Source: Camelus dromedarius
Taxonomy: Eukaryota
Assembly: GCF_036321535.1 (NCBI RefSeq)
Contig: NC_087437.1
Location: 70,930,001 to 70,994,000, forward strand
Direction: 5' to 3'
DNA: 64,000 nt
The position numbers were made by a program, and so were the translations under genes. Below the pieces are notes generated by a model. The model worked only from the letters and a program-made list of their open reading frames with translations. It was not told where the DNA came from and did no database searches. Positions 56,251 to 64,000 of the stretch are shown here, piece after piece (position 1 is the first letter of the stretch; each line of letters starts with the position of its first letter).

Positions 56251-58659
56251 AGTTTGCACTATTGGCATTGTTTAAATGGGTTGGAGGGAAGAAACATTAA
56301 GCTTGTTTTGTTTGGTTTCAAAAGGTAGAAATAGACCAATGATTGGAAGCTATAAGGAGATTCACTTAAATTAAAGAGAAAGTTTTGTTAACAGGCAGAG
56401 GTGCTGTGAGATGGATGGATAGCCTCCAAAGGCAGTGAGTACCTATAACTAGTGGTGTTCAAGGAGAGGATGGGTGATCATTTTATAGGGATGTTATAGA
56501 GGGGATTCAATCATCAGGTAAGTAGCTGGGCAAGATGGTGTTTCATCCCTGGAGTCCATGATTATAGAGCCAAAATCTCCTGACCTCCCAGCCAGAGCCC
56601 TTTCCTAGTTCTAAAACCAGACAAGAAGTGAGAACTCCACAGACACTCCTCCATATAGGGGACTACGTATTGATATGACTTCACATGGATTCTCTACTAC
56701 CTGAAAATACTTACCCCAATGATGATCACAGTGTTTGAAATTCCTCTTATGAGAGTCACTCTTCTGGTAAACCTCTATTTCTAGAATATCCCTGCTAAAT
56801 GACAAATAAATTGAAGGGAGAAAGTTACATACTTGAATTATAATACATGAAAACAAGTTAGATCCTAAAAGCAACCTTGTTTCTCAGATCAGCTGGCAGG
56901 AATAGCCAAGGGATAGGATGTAAAACAGATCAACTTAAATTGGGAAGTAGGAGAGAAGGACAGTGACAAACAAATCAACATGGAGGTGAACAACTGAAAT
57001 AGAACATGACTTCAGGGGAATTTTTCCTTCTTTACAGTTCAGCTTAAGTCAGGACAGTATGTAAATCCATGTAGGTGCCTTTATGCAAATCAGTTGTTCT
57101 TAAAGATGACAGTTTTCATACCTCCAAAACAACATAGTGACTCACTACTGAATTTAGGAAGAAAATCGGGTAGTGGTAAGTCACTGTGTTTACTTGGGGT
57201 AAATGTGAATGCACTGATACTCTGAGATCAATCAAGGAAGTTTTCCATGTGAGATGGGTATCATCACTACTTAGTAAATTAATCAAATAGTTGTATTTTT
57301 ACTTATATGGCAATTTATGGTTTACAGAGTGCTGTCACATAGTTTATGTCTTTTCCTCCTCTGAACAGCTATTTTGTAAACAATCCAATTAAGGATTAAG
57401 GGGAAAAAAGAGACCATTTGTGGAAGTATATTCTTAAGCAAAGTTGACTTTCCTCATCTTGGATCCAAAAACACTTCTATTCTGCCCTTCTGTTCATCTC
57501 TTCCAATAGACCTAGCAGATAGAAAGTTTACACATTCTATGAGATCACATATTGAAATAAGGCTTTAACTTTACAACAGAAAAATTTTAGTGTATTACTG
57601 AAAATTGTGTTTTGGTGTGTAAACACATTTATTCAAAGGATTCTGTGGTTAACCCAAATAACTAGATTTGCCCATAAGAAAACCAGCAACAGATTTGCAA
57701 ACTTAGACATCAGAGATACAAAAGCTACAAGTCAAGTCATTTTATAAATCTGAGTTATGCTCAAAGGGTAGCCTTCAGATCTCTAGTAAACTATGAAGGT
57801 CCTCAGTAAATTATCAAGGTTTTCCTATTGGTGTGTATAACGTGGCTGTGTCCAGGGACAATTAATAATGGACATATCTCACTCCAGCACTTCGTTTAAA
57901 AGAAGCATCACTCTTCCCTTTCATCCCAGAATCATTTGGCAGTGGCAGTTTGGCAGGGCCATCTCTCTATCAAGACTTTTGTCTGCATGAAGGAGTCTAT
58001 ACCTAACAAAGTTTAGGTGCTATTGGTCTAGGTTTTCAAAAGGTGAGACAGCCGGAACATATGGAAGTAACTCAGGATCTGGATTCACTGTGGCCTACAT
58101 TTCAAAACAAAGTTCTCTCCAATCTCTTGGGAAAACATCAAAAAAGAGGGGCCTCCTGACTTTACAGGAGCCCAGTGGAAATGATACAGATCCACAGCAA
58201 AAAGGCCAAATGTTGGTCTAAAAAGATTCTAGAAAGTACTGGGGGTTCTTAGAAGAGGAGGCATGAATTCTGTATTCTTACCTACAGTCTAACCAAAAAG
58301 AATCTTACCAAGATAAAGTAGCTTGACAGAGCAAATAGGGAAGAAACTTAGGTTCTTGGCATCACAGCTACTATGCATGGTAACTGGCTGTGTAGTTTAG
58401 TAATTCCAAGTTTTAATGTAAATGATACTCACTTTCAACAACTGCAGAAAATCCATTCTGAGATCTGGAGTCTAAATAAAATTCTGTGTAACTGTGTTAA
58501 TGATCCACATGTTCATCAAAGGGACATGTTTGTGACAAATAAGTAGTCCATCATATTGACTTTGGAGCTAAGCCCTGCCTTCGAGAACCAAAAAAACTGG
58601 TTGTAGAGCATATTCCATGATGATTATAACCCTGAAACTTAGAGTAGGGACGTAAGTGA

Positions 58660-58860
58660 ATGACGACTGTACTGGAATTAGATTATTTGAGTTCAGTTTT
58701 GGTTCCTCTAATTGTGACCTTAAGCAAGCCACTTAATTTCATAACCCTCAGTTCCTTTGAATTTAAAGTGGAAATAATAATTTTCCTGCCTTTTGAGTAG
58801 CTGTAAAGGTATTATGCATGTGAGAGCTTTTCATAAAAGGTAAAGTACCACTTAATGTCT
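58660..58860 (+). mobile_element. MIR
   Basis: tgtgaccttaagcaagccacttaat...ctcagttcc...taaagtggaaataataa. Confidence 0.7.
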
Positions 58861-59424
58861 TTTTAAAAAAATTCATCATTATTTTAGCCCCCTCCTCTCA
58901 GGAGATAATGAGTTTCTTTGCTCTATCTCCAGTCTCTGAGTAATAAACTCTCAACATATTTCCTTCCTCGGTAGAATTCAAATACGGAAGCAATGTGATA
59001 CCCCATGGGTGTCCCTTGAACTTCCTCCACAGCAGGAACTTTTTTTCCCCATTCCTTAAGGACTTTTTTTTAAGAAAATCTCTCACTAAACCACTCTATC
59101 TACTGCCAAACAAACCATAGTAGGACTTCATCTCTTTAGGAGTTTCTTAGGTTTGCTTTACTGCAACTTCATAAAAGTTGTGAGGAAGGAAAACAAGAGT
59201 CAAGGACACATTTGAAAACAAGAGAATTTGAGAAAAAGAAAAGATAACACAAACCATCCTGGCATGGACTCCATGCCCTCTCCCAAGAGAAAAAGCAGAA
59301 GTCAAAGAAAAGGGATGGAAGGGAAAGACAGAGGCGAAGCCTGGTGTGACTGTGGACGTGGAAGCCAGTCAACAGGGAAGGTTCAGAGCTGAGGCTGGAG
59401 CAGTGCTTCTCAGGGTGTGACGCT

Positions 59425-59425
<1 letters not shown>

Positions 59426-59455
<30 letters not shown>
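59426..59455. repeat. (CAG)10 intronic trinucleotide repeat
   Basis: Direct read. Confidence 0.95.
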
Positions 59456-59456
<1 letters not shown>

Positions 59457-59749
59457 CAGTTTCTCAGGTCCATCAGACCCGGACCAGAGACTCTGGTGAT
59501 GGAGCCCAGCACCCTGCACTTTAACAAGCCCTGACTCACACGAAGCTGGGTGTCATGTCCCTAGATAGCCTGGGTGATCTGGAGGAGGATGGTTTCAGGT
59601 TGCCTTTGTTATATAACATGGCTCTCCAAAATCCCACTTGTAAGAATCTATGTGCTTGGAAAAAGTAAACCAGAGTTATGGACAACAGATGGCTTTTATA
59701 GTCATTAATTGTATTGTGCATGCAAATATCTCATATATGCACAGGTTCC

Positions 59750-59972
59750 CTGGCAAATTGCCCCTCTGGCACTTAACAGTACTGACTTGCATTATCATTA
59801 TATGGGTGTCTTAATCCCTTCCCACTGGACTGTAAACCTTGTGAAATAAGGTTCATATATAATTATATATATGATATATAGAGAAATATATATCTTATAT
59901 GTTGATATACCTAGCATAATACCTTACACATAATAAACATTCAAGAAATATTTGATAAATGAAAGAACTGAA
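59750..59972 (+). mobile_element. L2 3' end
   Basis: cccactggactgtaaacc...cctagcataatacc...ttcaagaaatatttgataaatgaa. Confidence 0.65.
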
Positions 59973-60231
59973 TCCTTCTCTAATGACGTCTAATCACTCC
60001 CAAAAGGAAAAGTGGCCTATTTTTCCAGACTTGTCTATTTATTGTATGCTGTAGCTCCTTAGAAATAATGCAATAATTCTTTGCACATTTATATATTAAG
60101 TACCTTCTCCAAGAATCTGAACCTAATTCAGATACCATGTTCTACTTGTTCTGACCTTGTCTATATAACAAAATTGCACACATAATAACAAGACTAAGAT
60201 GGCATTCAGAGTATTTAATTACTACCAGGTA

Positions 60232-60423
60232 TAGGGTTGCCAGATTTGGCAAACAAAAATACAAGGTGCCCAGTTAAATTTGAATTTTGGATAAATGACA
60301 AGTATTTTTTAGTGTAAGTATGTCCCATTCAGTATTTTGTGACATACTTATACTAAAAGAAATTCATTGTTTATCTGAAATTTCGATTTAACTGGGTGCC
60401 AGGTAGTTTATCTGGCAGTGCTA
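60232..60423. mobile_element. MER53-like hAT MITE, palindromic
   Basis: Starts tagggttgccagattt, ends tatctggcagtgcta; long internal arms cagttaaatttgaattt...agtgtaagtatgtccca and tgtgacatacttatact...aaatttcgatttaactg. Confidence 0.85.
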
Positions 60424-61129
60424 TTAAGGTGGGACTTTCTTTTAAGACTCAGTCTTGGGACTTCTTGCTTTAAAACCTAAAGATGAATACAGGCTAGCAT
60501 ATGTAGCTGCTTAACAAGGATTTGTTGAGTCAGTGAATGAATGTTCAAATAAGTGAGTGTGCTTTCCCCGTGAACTTAATTCAGGGGACATATACATAAA
60601 CACATTATTTTCTCAGCAAGACTTAAATTTCTTTTTCTTTTTTTCTTTTTCTTGTCAGTCATGGTAGAGTATCAGTGCTGGTCCACAAGAAAGAGTTGAA
60701 GAGTGACGCTTTAGAGAGCAGGCATCCAAAAATGGGGGAAAATACATGCATTCACTGCTCCCCACCCATGGAACTGTAAAGGATGCTGCCTCCTCTTCAG
60801 TTCCCCCACCTGCCATCTGTTTTTTCAGCCTCCAGAACTCACTTGTTGCCTGCTAAGAAATCCTCTTTCTATGCCATTTGCCTATACTTTATTCATGGTG
60901 TCACTTCTTTCCATGAGCATACGTGGCTGAGAAAAGACTGGACCCTTAGTTCTGAACTGCATAGCTGCAGTATAATCACTTGCTTTATTGATTATCTGAA
61001 ACAATTCTTCTTTAAATTCTGTGTTGGCTTCCCCATGCCGCACAAGTCATTTTTCAGTTGACTTCATTTATCACCAGTTCCTTTGTGCTGAAGGGAACAG
61101 TTGAATTTTTCTTCAAGCGATAACATATG

Positions 61130-61290
61130 CTGTGCAGAGTATTTTCTCTCTCTTTCATTTTCAAAACGTCTTCACAAGACAGGTACTTACTATATTATTC
61201 TCAAGTTGCAGATAAGGAAACTGAGGCTTAGAGAGGTTAAGTAACATGCCCAGGTCATCCAGCCAAGGAAGTGGAATTCATATCTGACTC
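61130..61290 (-). mobile_element. MIR
   Basis: ttgcagataaggaaactgaggcttagagaggttaagtaacatgcccaggtca. Confidence 0.8.
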
Positions 61291-62510
61291 CTGCATCTGT
61301 ATGGCCCCAAAACAGATCATGTTAAAGTGTAGGGGGCTTATATGAGTTTCCCCATCGTGTGTCTAATTCTAGTGTCTGCTTTGTACTCTGTGTCCCTCTC
61401 TAACCAATCAGACTTGGCATTTCTGGCCAGAGGCTCAGACCTGGAAAGCCATCCACTGCATCATCTTAACTTTTCATTTCTCCACATTGAGAGCAACAGT
61501 CAACAGACCATATCCATTTCATGTATCATGTTGAAAGCCCTTTGAGAATGACTATAAGGAATATGCAGGAAAATAATGGGAGAGAGCAATATTAACATTT
61601 CTAGTGAGTGATACTTTTCAGATCCACACATAAAGAAATGAGTTGTTTACACCTGACTAATCTGAAAATGTAGCCCATTTAGTAAGACAGTTCCTGGAAA
61701 ACCCACACACCACCAGCACAGCACCTGAATAATTATAGAGCACTTGCCTTTAAGGAGCTCCCAAGTGCTTTGCAAACATTTTTCCTCATTAACTATCACA
61801 CTGTTTTTCTGTGGCAGGACACTTTGTCCTATTTAAAATGTGGAACTGCTGATGCCTTGAGTGATTTAAGCAGGTCACCCTCAGGTCATGCGTTGACAAG
61901 GCCTAGACCAGAGTCATCAGGGATGTGGGCCACAGTGGGAGAAGGCCTCTAAACCTGCAAAGGGACATGGCAAGTGCTTGGTCCAACTCCTCACTTACAG
62001 AAGGGGAAACAAACCCAGAGAGATGGAAACACTTAGAAAGCCCAGGGTCACAGGGATAATAGATGGTCCAACCAAAACTACGTGCATACAAATGACATAA
62101 ACATAGATGCTATGGAGGGAAAGATGACAACTGTGAAGAATCCATTGATAGTCATATTAGAAGGGTGTGAAAATAAAAAGCCATCATCAGTGACCTTGCC
62201 TTGAGGAAATATACGCTCTAAGAAGGCAAAAGTTCCAAACAGCAAGAGCATTTTAACACAGACAAAGTTTCAACTTCCTAGCAGCCAAAATACCATCTGG
62301 AACCTAAGAAGGCACACTTCCCATTAAAGGTGACAGGTGGACCTGTTTTAAAAGTTAGCTGGCCGGCCTATCACAGCCTCTAGAAAGTGTACCAAAAGCA
62401 CGAGGATGACAAAGACCAGCTTGAGTTTCAAGCATGTTTACAGCTGACAGAAACGTTCCAACTAAAAATAACGTGCATGACTGTCTTTCTCAGGGAATCT
62501 CTCATTACAA

Positions 62511-62534
62511 AAACAAACAAACAAACAAACAAAC
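62511..62534. repeat. (AAAC)6
   Basis: Direct read. Confidence 0.9.
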
Positions 62535-64000
62535 TACCTACACAAACACCACACATAGACTGAACTCTTCATTTAAGAACAAGTCTTCCCTAAATTCCCA
62601 AATCTTAGCCTAAAAGTGAAACCCTTCTCTTCTCATCCTGCAGTCCTAGGGCTCATGTTGTTTCATCAGTGAGAAAGAAGGGAAAGGAAATTGGAAGAGA
62701 GCAGAGAGGAGAAGGAACTCGGCCAAAACATTAGTAAATAACTAAAGGAAAGAAGTTCAAAGATCAGTAAAATCGGTTTGGAAATTTGTGGAGTAATTTC
62801 TAAACCAAACAGCCATTTCTTAGGATCCTGAACTTCAGACCATATTTTTCATGTTTACAAACACAACAAAAAAGCTTTCTGATGAGTTAAAGTTTCATAA
62901 AACAGATCACGAACATAAAGCGCTAACCCGGAGCCTGGCGCGTAGTAAGCACGTAGTACCTGCTGATTGTTTTCATTGCCATTATCACCACGACACATCA
63001 AACCTCTTCTGTTTCACGATGGAAAAAGTGGAAACACAGTCAAGGCACATATTTTAAATGGCAGTTAACTCAGATTCAAGAACTAGATTTCCTACCCTGA
63101 TGCATCGTCCAGATGTTGAAATATTACCCCAGAGAGTTTCAAAGGCTTTGAGCTTTGGGCTGGGTTAGAGAAGAGAGCATAGACAGACTTTCTTCTCTGA
63201 GGTGGGTGCCTCCAATGGGCAGTCAGCCATGAGGTGGGAGAGATGGAAACACCTTATTGTAGTTCATCTCACCCGCCAAGAGCAGAGCAGAGAACAAACA
63301 GCACCAACAAAAACAAGCCTCTGTTCATCCAGAGAGATGTTACAGGCCTGTGGATATTACTTATAGCAGAATATCTCATGTGGTCATTCAGTGACAATAT
63401 TCTTATTTATGTTACAGATTTTAGCAAGCTTGATTGTTTGGTTTCTAAGCCAATAGCAAATCAAAGCAGTAAACTGAGGAGAAAAAAGGGTTTCAGCCAA
63501 CACACTGAGAGCAAGGAAAGAGAAAACTATTTTTAAAATTGACTCAAGAGTTCAAAAAAAAGCGTATGGAACCATTTAATGGGGGCTGGGGAGGCGGAGA
63601 ATTAGTCTTATAATAAGAACACCGTGCAAGTATTCCCACTCCACTCTTGGTGGTCTGCAAAGTGATTTCATATGTATTTTATGTCAACACCAGCACAGTG
63701 AGGTAAGTAGAACTGTATACCTCAGAGGCATTTGGAGATTTGTCAGAGTAGCATGCCCTGTGTTGGTGCCTGCATTTGAACAGGACCATTTGACTCTGAG
63801 ATCATTGTGCTGTCAACCACCTACTCAACCTCCACACCAGACGAGGCCAATACGCAACTCAGTGCAGTCCAGGCAGAATAGCCAGTTGACTCTCTTAAGT
63901 TACATTTTAGGAAGATTTCTGTCTAAAGTAGATAACAATCAAAGGCATAGCTCTTCAGTAGGACTTACTCCCACGTTAGCCAATATTTTACAGACCTATA

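Noticed and set aside
55495..64000. Final ZBTB20 exon with the remaining zinc fingers
   Set aside because: No EKP-C-x2-C finger sequence in the ORF track or seen by eye; it must lie beyond the window.

Overview
This is mammalian genomic DNA, not prokaryotic. It covers the 3' part of ZBTB20 (BTB/POZ plus C2H2 zinc-finger transcription factor) on the + strand. I can place a 101-nt 5'UTR exon (19469-19569), a 164-nt exon built mostly from an antisense MIR SINE that carries the long-isoform start codon (27351-27514; ATG 27504), a 188-nt coding exon (27887-28074) and the 1605-nt BTB-to-ZF1 exon (53747-55351; short-isoform ATG 53767). The exons join in frame (MLERKKPKT...[16 protein letters not shown]...KHMFVHTG). 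The last exon (remaining zinc fingers) is not in the window. The rest is intron with ancient MIR/L2 remnants, two hAT DNA-transposon relics, an intact 553-bp solo LTR, microsatellites and one tRNA-derived SINE of camelid type, so the source is probably camel, llama or alpaca. I found no new multi-gene system. The most interesting signal is the 5' leader: an exonised MIR gates the long isoform, two exons start exactly on a uAUG, and there is a candidate extra first or cassette exon near 24.0-24.1 kb. Repeat boundaries were set by eye and are approximate.
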